A stretch of DNA of 63,984 nt, filler included, from an uncultured bacterium (GTDB lineage Bacteria > CAYJOG01), in NCBI GenBank assembly GCA_964371695.1. It is 9 parts of 9 records of this genome, joined end to end, with 100 filler letters (N's around TTAATTAATTAA, not from the genome) between each part and the next. Parts side by side here need not be neighbours in the genome. Positions count along the whole stretch, not along the records: positions 7,540 to 14,953 come from CAYJOG010000135.1; positions 15,054 to 22,443 come from CAYJOG010000136.1; positions 22,544 to 29,866 come from CAYJOG010000137.1; 6 more parts are not named here. One strand, 5' to 3'. The notes under the pieces were generated by a model. It worked only from the letters and a program-made list of their open reading frames with translations, did not search any database and was not told the origin of the DNA. Below, piece by piece: positions 12,237 through 23,411 of this stretch (within the stretch, counting starts at the first letter, position 1; each line of letters opens with the position of its first letter). Made by a program: the position numbers and the translations under genes.

Positions 12237-13779
12237 TTAATCCTCTGGGTTTTCCGGGTTCCAGCACACCGAGCCAGCGCGACCCAAAAGAAGGGTTGAC
12301 GCATCAGCAGCAGGAGTCTCCGGGTTTTCGGAAAAACCTTTTTGAAACCGTTATCGGCGTAGAAGTGCATGCCCAGGTCAAAAGCGTGAGCAAACTTTTC
12401 ACCGGCGCGCCCACGGGCTTTGGTCAGGACCCCAACACGCAGGTGACGGAATACTGTCTGGCCCTGCCCGGCGTGTTGCCGGTGCTCAACGCCTTTGCGC
12501 TGGAATGCGGCATCCGCACCGCCATGGCGCTCAACTGCACCATCAATCCCTTCATGCGTTTTGCCCGCAAGAACTATTTTTATCCCGACCTGCCCAAGGC
12601 GTATCAAATCAGCATGTATGAAGAACCCGTGGGGGTGAACGGCTGGCTGGACGTGCCGGTGAACGGAAAAATCCACCGCGTGCGCATCCACCGCCTGCAC
12701 CTCGAAGAAGACGCGGGCAAACTCATGCACGCGGCAAGCGGCGTCACCAGCCACGTGGACCTCAACCGCGCCGGCACGCCACTCATGGAAATCGTCACCG
12801 AGCCGGACATTCACGACGCCGAGCAGGGCGTGGCCTATCTCAAGGAACTGCGCAACCTGCTGCTGTATCTGGACGTGTGCGACGGCAACATGGAAGAAGG
12901 CAGCCTGCGCTGCGAGCCGAACATCAGCGTGCGGCCCGTGGGACAGAGCAAGCTGGGGGTGAAGTCGGAGCTGAAGAACATCAACAGTTTTCGTGCGGTC
13001 AAGCGGGGCATTGAGTTTGAAGTGGCGCGGCAGGTGGAGCTCATCACCAGTGGCGGCCAGGTGGTGCAGGAGACCCGGCGGTTTGACGACACCACGGGCA
13101 AAACCATCCACATGCGGTTCAAGGAAAGCTCCCACGATTACCGGTATTTCCCCGACCCGGACCTGCCGCCGGTGGTGGTGGATGAAGCGCGCCTGGAAGA
13201 ACTGCGCCGCACGCTGCCCGAACTGCCCGTGGCCCGGCGGGCGCGGTTTGAAACCCAATATGGCCTGAGCGCCTATGACGCCGAAGTGCTCTGCGCCAGC
13301 AAGGCCCAGGCTGACTTTTTTGAAGAGGTCGCCGCCGCCACGGGCGACGCCAAAGAAACCGCCAACTGGATCAGTGGTGTGCTGGCGGCCCATCTCAACG
13401 AACAAAATCAGACCTTTGAAACACTGCATCCCCAGGCGGGCCATCTGGTGGAGGTCATCACCCTGGTGCGGGAGAAAAAAATCAACCGCAACACCGGCAA
13501 AGAGGTGTATGCGGAAACGCTGAACACCGGCAAGGCCCCCGGCCTGCTGGTGAAGGAAACGGGCCTGGGTCAGGTGGCCGATGAGGGCCAGCTCNNNNNN
13601 NNNNGCTCAAGGCCTTTATTCAGGAGGTCATCACGGCCAACGCCTCGGTGGCGGCGGATTACCGCGCGGGCAAAGAAAAGGCCCTGGGTTTTCTGGTGGG
13701 ACAGGTGATGAAAAAAACCAAAGGCCAGGCCGACCCGGCGTTGCTCAACCAGTTGCTCAAAGAGGCGCTGGCGACGTGA
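12233..13779 (+). CDS. gatB: Asp/Glu-tRNA amidotransferase subunit B (spans N gap 13595-13604)
   Basis: [41 protein letters not shown]; after the gap [20 protein letters not shown], stop 13777-13779. Confidence 0.96.
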
Positions 13780-13821
13780 CGGTGTGCTGTCCCCGCCTCC
13801 CCGCCATGCGATAATCGATTC

Positions 13822-14919
13822 ATGTTGGATCCCATCCCTGAGCAACTCATGCCGCTGGCGTGGCGCAAGTGGCCCGACCTGCTGGAGGGCAGCCTGCTGG
13901 ACCTGCTGGCCCTGGGGGCGTCGGGGCTGTTGCAATACGGCCCTTTTTATAATCTGGAAAACCAGACGGGCCACCTGCCGCTGAAACCCTATCTGGAGGC
14001 CGCCCCTGCGGATCTGCTGCGCGGGGCACCGGCGGTGGCGCGGCCCGCCCTGGCGCGGGTGGGCGAAACGCCGGCCCATGTGGAATACGCCGCCCGCGTG
14101 CCCAGCCCCTATGAACCCTTTCACCCGTTGTGGGCCCCCATGCATCTGGCCGCGCCCGAAAACCACTTCATCAACCTGCGGGTGTTTGAACCCAAAGGCG
14201 TGGAGCCCACCATGGCGATACTTTTTCTGCACGGCTGGAGCATGGGGCACCTGGATGAAGTGAAGGCCATGGAGCCTTGGGCGTTTTTTGGCGGCGAGCC
14301 GGTGCGGCTGGTGCTGATGGACCTGCCCTTTCACATGGAACGCAAACCGGGCGCGAGCGTATTCAGCGGCGAGTTTTTTGTGTCGGGCAACCTGCCCCGC
14401 AGTGTGGAGGCGGTGATTCAGGCGGTGAGTGATGTCACCGGCCTTTTGGGCTGGCTCAAAACCGACTGCCCCCACGTGGGTTTGCTGGGCGGCTCGCTGG
14501 GGGGCTTTCTGGCGTCGCTCACCGTGACACAGACGGACCTCATGGATTTCGCCGTGCTGCTTTACCCGGCCACCTCCCTCACGGTGCTGCTGGAAAACCC
14601 GGTGATGGGCAGTGTGATGAGCGAGGGCCTGCGGCGCAGTGGTTATTCGCTGGAAGACGCCCAGCAACTGGGCCGGATGCTGAGTCCCCTTTCCCACACC
14701 CCGCAGTTGCCGCCGGAGCGCCTGCTGATGATCGCTGGCTTGGCGGATCAGGTGATCCCCCCCAAACACGCCCTGATGCTGCGCGAGCATTTTGGTCATC
14801 CGCCCCTGCACTGGTATGGCGGCGGCCACGTCGGTTTGCTGCAACCCCGCTACCGCCGCTGGATGGCCAAACACATCCGCCTGTTTCTGGACCGCGAAAA
14901 CCTGCTGCGGGCGGCGTAG
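13822..14919 (+). CDS. Alpha/beta hydrolase
   Basis: LFLHGW, GGSLGG nucleophile elbow, ADQVIP, GGGH. Confidence 0.85.
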   Translation: MLDPIPEQLMPLAWRKWPDLLEGSLLDLLALGASGLLQYGPFYNLENQTGHLPLKPYLEAAPADLLRGAPAVARPALARVGETPAHVEYAARVPSPYEPFHPLWAPMHLAAPENHFINLRVFEPKGVEPTMAILFLHGWSMGHLDEVKAMEPWAFFGGEPVRLVLMDLPFHMERKPGASVFSGEFFVSGNLPRSVEAVIQAVSDVTGLLGWLKTDCPHVGLLGGSLGGFLASLTVTQTDLMDFAVLLYPATSLTVLLENPVMGSVMSEGLRRSGYSLEDAQQLGRMLSPLSHTPQLPPERLLMIAGLADQVIPPKHALMLREHFGHPPLHWYGGGHVGLLQPRYRRWMAKHIRLFLDRENLLRAA

Positions 14920-15283
14920 AAATGCCCTCTCCCTCAGGGAGAGGGCGGGACACNNNNNNNNNNNNNNNNNNNNNNNNNNNNNNNNNNNNNNNNNNNNTTA
15001 ATTAATTAANNNNNNNNNNNNNNNNNNNNNNNNNNNNNNNNNNNNNNNNNNNNGGGGTGAGGCGGGGTTCTGCCAGAGCATATTGATGCTCTGGCCCGCC
15101 GAACGGGCGACCATGGATGGTCGCCCTGGGACCAGCCGCCACGGATGGCCAAGGGCTTTCCTGTTTATTGTCCCCCCGCTGCATCAGCAATGAACAAAAC
15201 ACAAACAGGGGGCAAAATGCCCCCTGTCAACAAACCGGCACCCCCCTTGGCGCTGGGCGGTGGATTGGTTTTATAATGCGCCG

Positions 15284-17956
15284 GTGCGACGTTTTGTATG
15301 GTGGTTGATGGCGGGCCTGTGCCTGTGTCTGTGGGCTGCTCCCGCCCGGGCGCTGGTGCGGGTGGACCTGCTGGAAGAATCCACCGACGACGATCTTTTT
15401 CTGGACAGCCTGCGGGTGCAGGACGAGTTTCGCGCCCACGCCGAGCACGAGTTTGCCGATGTGCCCCGCGATCACTGGGCCTATGACGCCGTATCCCGCC
15501 TGGGTGGACTGGGTCTGCTGCAAGGTGCAGAGGGCGAAGAGGTATTTCAGGGCAATGGTCTGGTGACCCGTTATGAAATGGCTGCCCTGGTCGCCCGCAT
15601 GGTGGACCGTTACCTGGACCTGAAATCCAACGGCCTGATACAGATTGGCCGGGTGCGGCCCTCGGCCACGCACCGCACGCCGGACCCCTTTGCCCGTGCG
15701 GGCATGAACCTGAAGGAAATTGATGGCGAAGCGCCGGTGCTCAAACCGCTGTCGGACTCCGCCACCACCCCCGGCCAGACGCCTGAGCAGGCGCCCGTGG
15801 TGATGGAACAGACCGACGTGAAAAAGCTGGAAGACCTGGTGAACAGTTTTTCCAGCGAATTACGAAATTTTCAGAGCGACGTCAAAAAGGAACTCACCGC
15901 CGGCAAAAAGGTGTACATGAAAGGCCAGAAGGACATCCAGAGCCTGCAAGAGGAAAACCAGCGTTTCGCCTGGAAGGGCCGGGCCGAACTGGCCTATGTC
16001 AACCAGGGCGAGCAGGATGCCGACACCCAGGTGTTGTGGGACAACCGCCTGGAACTGGATATTTCCAGCAAACCTGCGCCGGGAGAGGACTTCACCATCG
16101 GGGCCACGCTGGCCGCCGAAACCGAACTGGGGGGTCGTAAAAATGTGGAGGGCCTGTTTGACGGCTCCAGCGCGCCGCTGAGCCTGAACAAGTTTTATCT
16201 CAACTATTCCAACCCCAAGGCCCGCGACACCACCAAAAAGTTTTTCTTTCGCAAGCTCGACGTAGGCAACATCAGCGTGGATTTCAGCCCCACAACCGCT
16301 TTTGGCACCCAGTGGGAGGGCATTCAGAGCCAGTTTCAGGCCTATAAATGGACCCTGAACCTGATGGGGGCGCGCACCGAGCACCGGCGACAATACCTGG
16401 ATGCCCTGGGGCATCCCTTCACGTTTGTGGGCACCGACGAAGACGGCAGCGAAGGCGTGGCGGTGCAGATGCGCGGTCTGCCCTATGACCGCTACGTTTA
16501 TGGCGCGAGCCTGCAGGGCACTTTTTTGAACAACCCGCTGAGTCTGTTTCGCATCAGCCAGATCAACCTGTTTGAGGACAAAGACAGCGTGCAGATGTGC
16601 GAAAAGATCAACGCGGTGAGCGGCGACTGCGAGAACTACCTCGAAAACGGCGAGTTCATGTTCCTCACCGACGACCAGGTGGGGTCGCTGGCGAGTCCGG
16701 GTTATCCGCAGGACAAACTGGCTGCCCCCGGCGGCAGCGGCGACAGCCGCGTGGGGCAGCTCAAGCTGCCTGCCGAAAAAAACAAAGTCCAGAGTGTGTT
16801 TCTGCGTTATCCCGTGAGCGAAAAACACAACCTGTTTTTCACGGGTGAGTTCGCCAAGAGCAAGTATTACCGCCCTGGGTTCAAGGTGGTAAAAACCAGC
16901 TCGGCCCCGCCCAACGAAGACCAGGAACCGGGCCTCACCTCGCCCGACATCACCAAGTTCCGTGTGGTGCCAGAGCAGGACTGGGAGGGCAGCGCCATGC
17001 TGGCCCTGCTGGACTGGAGCCGGGGGCCGCTCAAGATTTTCCCCGCCGGTTACGCCCGCCTGTCGCCCCGGTTTGTGGCCCGTTATCTGGGCTTGCCGGG
17101 CCTGGACGTGAACAGCCTGCTCAACGTGGGCGGCCTGCCGCTCAACATCCAGAGCCTGGAGGCCTGGCTGCTGGCCCCCACCTATAACCGCCCCGACGAT
17201 AAGTATTCCATTGGTGGTCTTTTCGCCAAGATTCAGGAAGTCGAACCGATTTATTTTGACGCCGGGCTGATCACCGGCATTCCCTCGCTCAGCGGCATTG
17301 CGCCGCTCACCATCATGGAGCGCCTGAACAACCGCCGGGCGCGTCTGGCGGTGGGGGTGACAAACCTCAACGGCGAGTTTTATGCCAGCCCGCGCATGAC
17401 GCTCAAGGCCGGTTTCACCCGTGCCGCTGTCAACCTTTATGACGCCTGCATCGACGGCAAGGCCGCCAACATCGCCAAAGACCTCAACGGCGACGAACTG
17501 GTCTCCACTTTTGGGGATGGTTACGCCAACTGTCAGAACAAAGGCTCATTCAACCCCCTGTTGCCCGATGACACCTTTGCGCCCTTCGCGCTGAACATCC
17601 GTTTCATCACCAAAAGCATGGCGGCAGAGTGGCAGGCCAGCAAAAAAGCGAAATACAACCTGAGCTTCGCCATCAGCGACCTCATCAACAACACCCAGTC
17701 GCCCTCTGAACTTGGCCCCAACGGCATCATCGAGGCTCTCTACAACCGCCGCACCTACACGCTCAAGCAGTCGCTGGATTACGACATCAACAACAGCACC
17801 TCGCTCAACTTTGGCCTGGAGCGGGTGTTTGACAAAAACACCGAAGGCACCGACACACCCGGCGGCACTGGCGCAGACCCTGGCGCGAACGGCACCCTCA
17901 TCAGCCCTGTGGATGACTATTACATCTTCACCGCCAAGGTGAAAACGGAGTTCTGA
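15284..17956 (+). CDS. SLH-domain protein with coiled coil and probable outer-membrane beta-barrel (OmpM-like architecture)
   Basis: Signal peptide; FADVPRDHWAYDAV...TRYEMAALVAR SLH motif; heptad segment; amphipathic strands; ends YIFTAKVKTEF. Confidence 0.85.
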   Translation: MRRFVWWLMAGLCLCLWAAPARALVRVDLLEESTDDDLFLDSLRVQDEFRAHAEHEFADVPRDHWAYDAVSRLGGLGLLQGAEGEEVFQGNGLVTRYEMAALVARMVDRYLDLKSNGLIQIGRVRPSATHRTPDPFARAGMNLKEIDGEAPVLKPLSDSATTPGQTPEQAPVVMEQTDVKKLEDLVNSFSSELRNFQSDVKKELTAGKKVYMKGQKDIQSLQEENQRFAWKGRAELAYVNQGEQDADTQVLWDNRLELDISSKPAPGEDFTIGATLAAETELGGRKNVEGLFDGSSAPLSLNKFYLNYSNPKARDTTKKFFFRKLDVGNISVDFSPTTAFGTQWEGIQSQFQAYKWTLNLMGARTEHRRQYLDALGHPFTFVGTDEDGSEGVAVQMRGLPYDRYVYGASLQGTFLNNPLSLFRISQINLFEDKDSVQMCEKINAVSGDCENYLENGEFMFLTDDQVGSLASPGYPQDKLAAPGGSGDSRVGQLKLPAEKNKVQSVFLRYPVSEKHNLFFTGEFAKSKYYRPGFKVVKTSSAPPNEDQEPGLTSPDITKFRVVPEQDWEGSAMLALLDWSRGPLKIFPAGYARLSPRFVARYLGLPGLDVNSLLNVGGLPLNIQSLEAWLLAPTYNRPDDKYSIGGLFAKIQEVEPIYFDAGLITGIPSLSGIAPLTIMERLNNRRARLAVGVTNLNGEFYASPRMTLKAGFTRAAVNLYDACIDGKAANIAKDLNGDELVSTFGDGYANCQNKGSFNPLLPDDTFAPFALNIRFITKSMAAEWQASKKAKYNLSFAISDLINNTQSPSELGPNGIIEALYNRRTYTLKQSLDYDINNSTSLNFGLERVFDKNTEGTDTPGGTGADPGANGTLISPVDDYYIFTAKVKTEF

Positions 17957-17958
17957 GC

Positions 17959-19578
17959 TTGAAAAAAATCCCCTTCTTTCGTTTGCCTGCGTGTGGCCTG
18001 CTGGCCATGGGACTTGCCCTTGTGCACACAGGCTGTGGCGGCGGCGGCGGCAGCCTGAAGGGCATTGACAACGACGGCAACGATTTTGTCGAAGAAAACC
18101 AGGACATCATTTTTCTGCGTCAGGCGGCGGTGTCGCCCGACGGCGCCAACTTGGTTCTGGTGGACGAGTTCGAGCACTTCGCCGATGCCGTGGACGATGA
18201 CGGCCAGCCCGTCAACGCCAACAACGAGCGCAGCGCCCTTTACATCGTTCCCACGGCCTCTTTGCACAGCGGGCCAACCTGGCGGCTGGTGAGGGTGCCC
18301 AAAAACCCCTGGGCGGTGTGGTTGTCCGACAACAACACCGCCTATGTGGCCGCCGACACGGGCCGGTTGTCCAAGGTGAGCCTCACCACCGCCACGCAGC
18401 TCAACGTGGTGAGCGGCCTGGGCAACCTGCGCGCCGTCATCACCAACCCGGCGGGCACCAAGCTGTTCGCCGCCACCAGCAAGGGCGAGATTCACATCAT
18501 CAACAATGTGGATCAGGTGAGCAGCACCCAGGCCTTTGGGGCCAAAACCACACTGAAGGTGGCAGCGGCCAACTTTGTGGCGCTGCGATATGCCACCGAC
18601 CGCAATCAGGTGGTGGCCACCGATTACACCGGACGTGTTTTTCTGGTGGACGCCCTGACGGACAAGTTTGTGGAAGTGGCCGCCACCGGCAGTCGCGTGG
18701 AACTGCTGGCGCAGTCCACGCCAGAATCGCCGCTGGTTTACAAACTGCAACAGGGCGAGACCAAACCCTTTGCGGCCTTTGAACCGGTGCTGGGGGTGAC
18801 CTCGCTCAAGGCGGGCGCCGCCACGGCCAATCAGGGGGCGACCCTCTCGATTGATCACGACGGCGACGCGGGCACCGCCAACATAACTTATGCCTGGAAG
18901 TTCGACACCACCACCGGCGAACTGCGCATTTACCGGGGCACGGCCACCACGGCGGGCAACGAAATCACCGCGCCACTGGTGGAAAAAGGCAAGACCCTGA
19001 AGGCGGCGGACCTGAAACTGGACCTCACGCTGGCGGATCGTTTTTACACCGGCAACAAATACAACGCCATTGCGGCGGAAATCGTGCGCCAGGGGGGTAA
19101 GGACTGGCTGTTTTTCACCGGCCAGAGCACCACCCGCGCCGATGGGGCCATTGACGATCCCAACGTGCCCGGATCCACCGACCGCGACAACCAGTTTCAG
19201 GTCTACGAACTGGCCTTGGGCGGCCCCCTGCCCGTCGCGACGCTGAACAACTGCACGCCGGGGTTCTGCATGAAGGTGGGGCAGTCGCCCCGCGACATGC
19301 GTCTCAAGCTGAATGCTGCGGGCACGGTGGGCCTCTTCGCCATCCCCAACTATGAAGACAATGACCTGTCTTTCATCCGTTTTGATTTTGCCCTGGGCGA
19401 AATCACCGGCGTTGACTTTGACGGCAATGGTGCGGACATCGTGCGCATTTCCAGCGGCGGCACAGGGCCGTGGAGCGTGGCGTTTTCTCCCACCAAAAAG
19501 AGTGTTTACGTCAGCCACCTGCAAAATGGCGACCACAACGAAGTGCCCATTCCTGCGGCGCTGGTGGTGGATTTTTGA
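17959..19578 (+). CDS. Probable lipoprotein with beta-propeller-like repeats
   Basis: Lipobox-like LVHTG-C then GGGGGS; AVSPDG, ITNPAGTKLF, PWSVAFSP repeats; 2 nt after the SLH gene. Confidence 0.7.
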   Translation: MKKIPFFRLPACGLLAMGLALVHTGCGGGGGSLKGIDNDGNDFVEENQDIIFLRQAAVSPDGANLVLVDEFEHFADAVDDDGQPVNANNERSALYIVPTASLHSGPTWRLVRVPKNPWAVWLSDNNTAYVAADTGRLSKVSLTTATQLNVVSGLGNLRAVITNPAGTKLFAATSKGEIHIINNVDQVSSTQAFGAKTTLKVAAANFVALRYATDRNQVVATDYTGRVFLVDALTDKFVEVAATGSRVELLAQSTPESPLVYKLQQGETKPFAAFEPVLGVTSLKAGAATANQGATLSIDHDGDAGTANITYAWKFDTTTGELRIYRGTATTAGNEITAPLVEKGKTLKAADLKLDLTLADRFYTGNKYNAIAAEIVRQGGKDWLFFTGQSTTRADGAIDDPNVPGSTDRDNQFQVYELALGGPLPVATLNNCTPGFCMKVGQSPRDMRLKLNAAGTVGLFAIPNYEDNDLSFIRFDFALGEITGVDFDGNGADIVRISSGGTGPWSVAFSPTKKSVYVSHLQNGDHNEVPIPAALVVDF

Positions 19579-19801
19579 TGCAGGCGGGGCATCCCTTAGC
19601 TGCTACTTTTTCGGAGTAGCGGCGGTGTCCACACCCCCGGGGGGGGGAAAAAATATTTTTTTTTTTTGGTTTTTTAGCGGTGAGGACACCGCGCCTACTC
19701 CTGTAAAGTGAATAAACCCCTTGTTTTTTGACAAAAATAAGCAGCTATGGGCGAGGTATCCCGTTTGACGCCAAGCCATTCACGCGGCATTGTCCACGGC
19801 C

Positions 19802-21289
19802 ATGAGTGAAGACCTGAACGAGACACGCCGCGAACGCTTGGGCGCACTGCTGCAAAAAGGGGTTGACCCCTATCCTTCCGGTTATGCGGTGACCCACAAC
19901 AGCCGCGCCCTGCACGATGGTTTTGACCAGCTTCAGGGCCAGCCGGTGGCGGTGGCCGGGCGGGCCATGACCATCCGCCGCATGGGCAAGGCGGCCTTTG
20001 TCACCCTGCGGGATGGTGAAGGAGACATTCAGGTTTACCTGAAACTGGACAACGTGGGGCAGGAAAACTTTGACCTGCTGGACCTGCTGGACCTGGGGGA
20101 CTGGCTGGGGGCCACCGGCCCGCTTGAGAAAACCAAAAAAGGCGAGACCACCGTTTTTGCCAGCAACTTCACCGTGTTGTGCAAGGCCATCCAGACCCCG
20201 CCGGAAAAGTTCCACGGCCTGCGTGACGTGGAGCTGCGCTACCGGCGTCGCTACGTGGACCTCTTCAGCAATCCCCAGGTGCGGGCGGCTTTTGTGGCTC
20301 GCAGCCGCATCATCCAGCTCATCCGCGAGCGCCTTAGCGCCCAGGGCTTCATGGAGGTGGAAACCCCCATGATGCAGACCCTGCCCGGCGGGGCCAACGC
20401 CCGGCCCTTCATCACCCACCACAACGCGCTGGACCGCACCCTGTATCTGCGCATCGCCCCGGAGCTTTATCTCAAGCGCCTGCTGGTGGGGGGATTCGAG
20501 CGGGTGTTTGAAATCAACCGCAACTTCCGCAATGAGGGTGTGGACACGTCCCACAACCCGGAGTTCACCATGCTGGAGCTGTATCAGGCCCACGTGGGGC
20601 TGGACAGGATGGTGGAAATCACCGAAGAAATTTTCGCCACCCTGTGCGGCGCTCTGCCGCCGCCGCCCGCCGAAGACGGCACGCCGCAAAGCCAGTGGAC
20701 TTTCAACAACCATTCCCTCAACCTGCATCCCCCTTTTGCAAAAATCGGTTACATGCAGTCCATGAAAGACAGGGGCCTGCCCTTTGACCCCATGGACCTG
20801 CTGCGGGAGGACTTCGACGCGGCGGCGGCGCTCTCGGCGGCGGGGCTGGAAGACGCCGCCCACGCCCCCACGCGGGGCAAGATGGTGGAGAAAACCTTTG
20901 AAGCCCTGGTGGAGCCCCATCTCATCCAGCCCACTTTTGTCATGGATTTCCCCGCCCTCATCAGCCCCCTGGCCAAACGGAAAACCGACGACCCGCGCCT
21001 GACCCACCGCTTTGAACTGATTGTGGCGGGCATGGAAGTGGCCAACGCCTTTGGTGAACTGAACGACCCCATCGACCAGCGCCAGCGGTTTGAGGAACAG
21101 GCCCGCCAGCGGCAGAAAGACGATGAAATTCCGCCCATTGACGAGGATTTTCTGCTGGCCCTGGAATATGGCATGCCCCCGGCAGGCGGCCTGGGTGTGG
21201 GGGTGGACCGCCTGGTCATGCTGTTCACGCAGAACAACAGCATCCGCGACGTGATTCTGTTCCCCCACATGCGGGACACGGAAAAATAG
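19802..21289 (+). CDS. lysS: Lysine--tRNA ligase (class II)
   Basis: [53 protein letters not shown]. Confidence 0.98.
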   Translation: MSEDLNETRRERLGALLQKGVDPYPSGYAVTHNSRALHDGFDQLQGQPVAVAGRAMTIRRMGKAAFVTLRDGEGDIQVYLKLDNVGQENFDLLDLLDLGDWLGATGPLEKTKKGETTVFASNFTVLCKAIQTPPEKFHGLRDVELRYRRRYVDLFSNPQVRAAFVARSRIIQLIRERLSAQGFMEVETPMMQTLPGGANARPFITHHNALDRTLYLRIAPELYLKRLLVGGFERVFEINRNFRNEGVDTSHNPEFTMLELYQAHVGLDRMVEITEEIFATLCGALPPPPAEDGTPQSQWTFNNHSLNLHPPFAKIGYMQSMKDRGLPFDPMDLLREDFDAAAALSAAGLEDAAHAPTRGKMVEKTFEALVEPHLIQPTFVMDFPALISPLAKRKTDDPRLTHRFELIVAGMEVANAFGELNDPIDQRQRFEEQARQRQKDDEIPPIDEDFLLALEYGMPPAGGLGVGVDRLVMLFTQNNSIRDVILFPHMRDTEK

Positions 21290-21303
21290 TTTCCCTGAAG
21301 GCG

Positions 21304-22278
21304 GTGACCTTGCTGAAACAGACAGAATTTCACGGATGGCCCGCTCTGGTGCTTGTCCGTGGCCCCCTCACGGCCACGTTCACGCCCCTCATCGGGGGCC
21401 GGTTGATGTCGTTGTGTTTTGAGGGCGAGGAACTTTTGTTTCAGCACCCGGAACTGTTGGGGCCGCGGCCCCATCTGCCGCCGGGTGAGCCACTCGCGGC
21501 GGCCAAGGAAAGAACCGGTTTTCCCCTGTGGGGCGGCGACAAAACCTGGGTCGCGCCTCAGGAAGACTGGCTTGGACACACCCCGCCGGTGGATCTTGAC
21601 CACGGCGAATACACCTGGGTGGAAACCGAAAACGGCCTGGAGATGCACAGCCCGGTGTGCCGCGAAACGGGCCTGCGGGTGGCGCGGCTTTTTGAGTGGG
21701 AGGGTGAGGGGCTGGTGCTGGAACAGACCCTGTTGAACGCGGGTGATGTCGTGGCCCGTCGGGGCATCTGGAACGTGACCCAGTGCCTGCGCCCCATGTC
21801 GGTGTTTTTGCCGCTCAGCCTGGATGCGCTACGCCCCTATGGCCAGGAGGGGGATTCCGTGGCGCTGTTCCCCCAGGTTTGCACCGAACTGACCGGCGAG
21901 GCAGGCCGCGCTGCCTGGGTACAGGCGGGGCTGTCGCCGCCAACTGGCCCCACGCCGCTGGTGCGTGTGGACTGCCTGTCTCCTTCTCACTTCAAGGTGG
22001 GGGGGCTGGCCCAGGCGGGCGACGAGGGGTTGTCGTTTGTGATCTCGGTGATGAAAAGTGCGTCTGGCCCCATTGGGTTTATTCGCACTTTCGCGGCAGA
22101 CCCCCAGGCGGCCTATCTGCACCATGCCAGCGTGGAGGTGTACAACGCCCCTGCCCTGAATTATCTGGAAGTGGAAGTGCATGGGCCATTCCTGCCGCTC
22201 TTTCCCGGCGAGTCGGTGTCCCATGGCCAGCACTGGAAGGTTTTCAGAATGCCGACGGAAAACCCCTTGGGACAGTGA
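21304..22278 (+). CDS. Hypothetical protein, DUF4380/galactose-mutarotase-like fold
   Basis: GGRLMSL, WGGDKTWVAPQ, YLEVEVHGP...LFPGES motifs. Confidence 0.65.
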   Translation: MTLLKQTEFHGWPALVLVRGPLTATFTPLIGGRLMSLCFEGEELLFQHPELLGPRPHLPPGEPLAAAKERTGFPLWGGDKTWVAPQEDWLGHTPPVDLDHGEYTWVETENGLEMHSPVCRETGLRVARLFEWEGEGLVLEQTLLNAGDVVARRGIWNVTQCLRPMSVFLPLSLDALRPYGQEGDSVALFPQVCTELTGEAGRAAWVQAGLSPPTGPTPLVRVDCLSPSHFKVGGLAQAGDEGLSFVISVMKSASGPIGFIRTFAADPQAAYLHHASVEVYNAPALNYLEVEVHGPFLPLFPGESVSHGQHWKVFRMPTENPLGQ

Positions 22279-22543
22279 ACCATCTTCGAGCAGGCGCGTT
22301 GTCCATTGCAGTCAGATTTGCAGAAAAAGCTGGGGGTTATCAAGGGTTTTTTGTGGTAGCCCCGGCGTCATTCCCGCGAAAGCGGGAATCCAGTTAAACA
22401 TAAAGAAAAAACCAGTTTTGGTGGGGCCATTAGATAACGGGGGNNNNNNNNNNNNNNNNNNNNNNNNNNNNNNNNNNNNNNNNNNNNTTAATTAATTAAN
22501 NNNNNNNNNNNNNNNNNNNNNNNNNNNNNNNNNNNNNNNNNNN

Positions 22544-23289
22544 CCATCCCGCTTCGAGCCGTCGTTCTTCCACAACACGCAACGGTATTGCACCAGCTTG
22601 CAGGTGGTGTGGTCCGGGTCCAGGCTCCACTCGTCGCAGCGGGGATTGTTGGTGCGCTGGCAGCCCTGAGCCGCTGCGGCGCGGGCCTGACGCTGATCTT
22701 TGTGTACGCCGGTAAAACCGTCCCTTTTCGCGCCGTCGCGTTTGAACAACACACACTCCCACTGGGTGCCATTGGGGGCCGCCCCGGCGATGGTGTCCTG
22801 CTTGCCGGTGGGGGTCTGGCCGCTTTGTGGCACGCCCGCTGGGTCCTGCATCAGGCCGCCCCAGGGCGTGGGTTTGCCCCGCCCCAATGTCACCGTGGGC
22901 AACACCAGTTGATAGGCCGCGTTGTTGTTGCCCCGGAGTGATTCAATCTGTCCGCTGATGTCCACCCTGTCGGCCAGGCGCACCCACACCGCATTGCCGC
23001 CGCAATATTTCCGCGACTGGTTCACCAGCGCCACGCGCCAGCCGGGCGTGTCCTCCAGCGCCACCAGCCGGGCGGCGGTGAGGTTATCCGCCGGGTCCTG
23101 ACAACTGGTGTTTACGCCATACACCACCGAAATCACCGCGCCGTCAAAAGCGATCTGCTCGATGTGGCGTATCTCGGCCTCTGGACCCGGCGGCGGCGAA
23201 ATCGCCCCCCGCAGGGTGGCCGTGGCCCCCGCCAGACCCAGCAGGGCAAAACCGGCGGCGAAAAACTTGAGGCGGCTTGAACGGGACAT
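22544..23289 (-). CDS. Secreted hypothetical protein with Cys-containing tandem repeat (3' end truncated)
   Basis: Signal-like N-terminus; WECVLFKRDGAKRD repeated as YRCVLWKNDGSKRD; alternative start at 23316. Confidence 0.7.
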
Positions 23290-23411
23290 GGGGGTCATTG
23301 TAGAACCGGTCTTCATGAAACCACAGTCTCCCCTTTTGGGCATTTCGGATTACCGGTAATCTGACATCCCTGAACACCTCCTGCGAAAAAGGTTCCTGCG
23401 CCCCGCCCCTG

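Noticed and set aside
13590..13610. Apparent frameshift in gatB
   Set aside because: Coincides with a 10-N gap with GCTC duplicated on both sides; merging restores the frame
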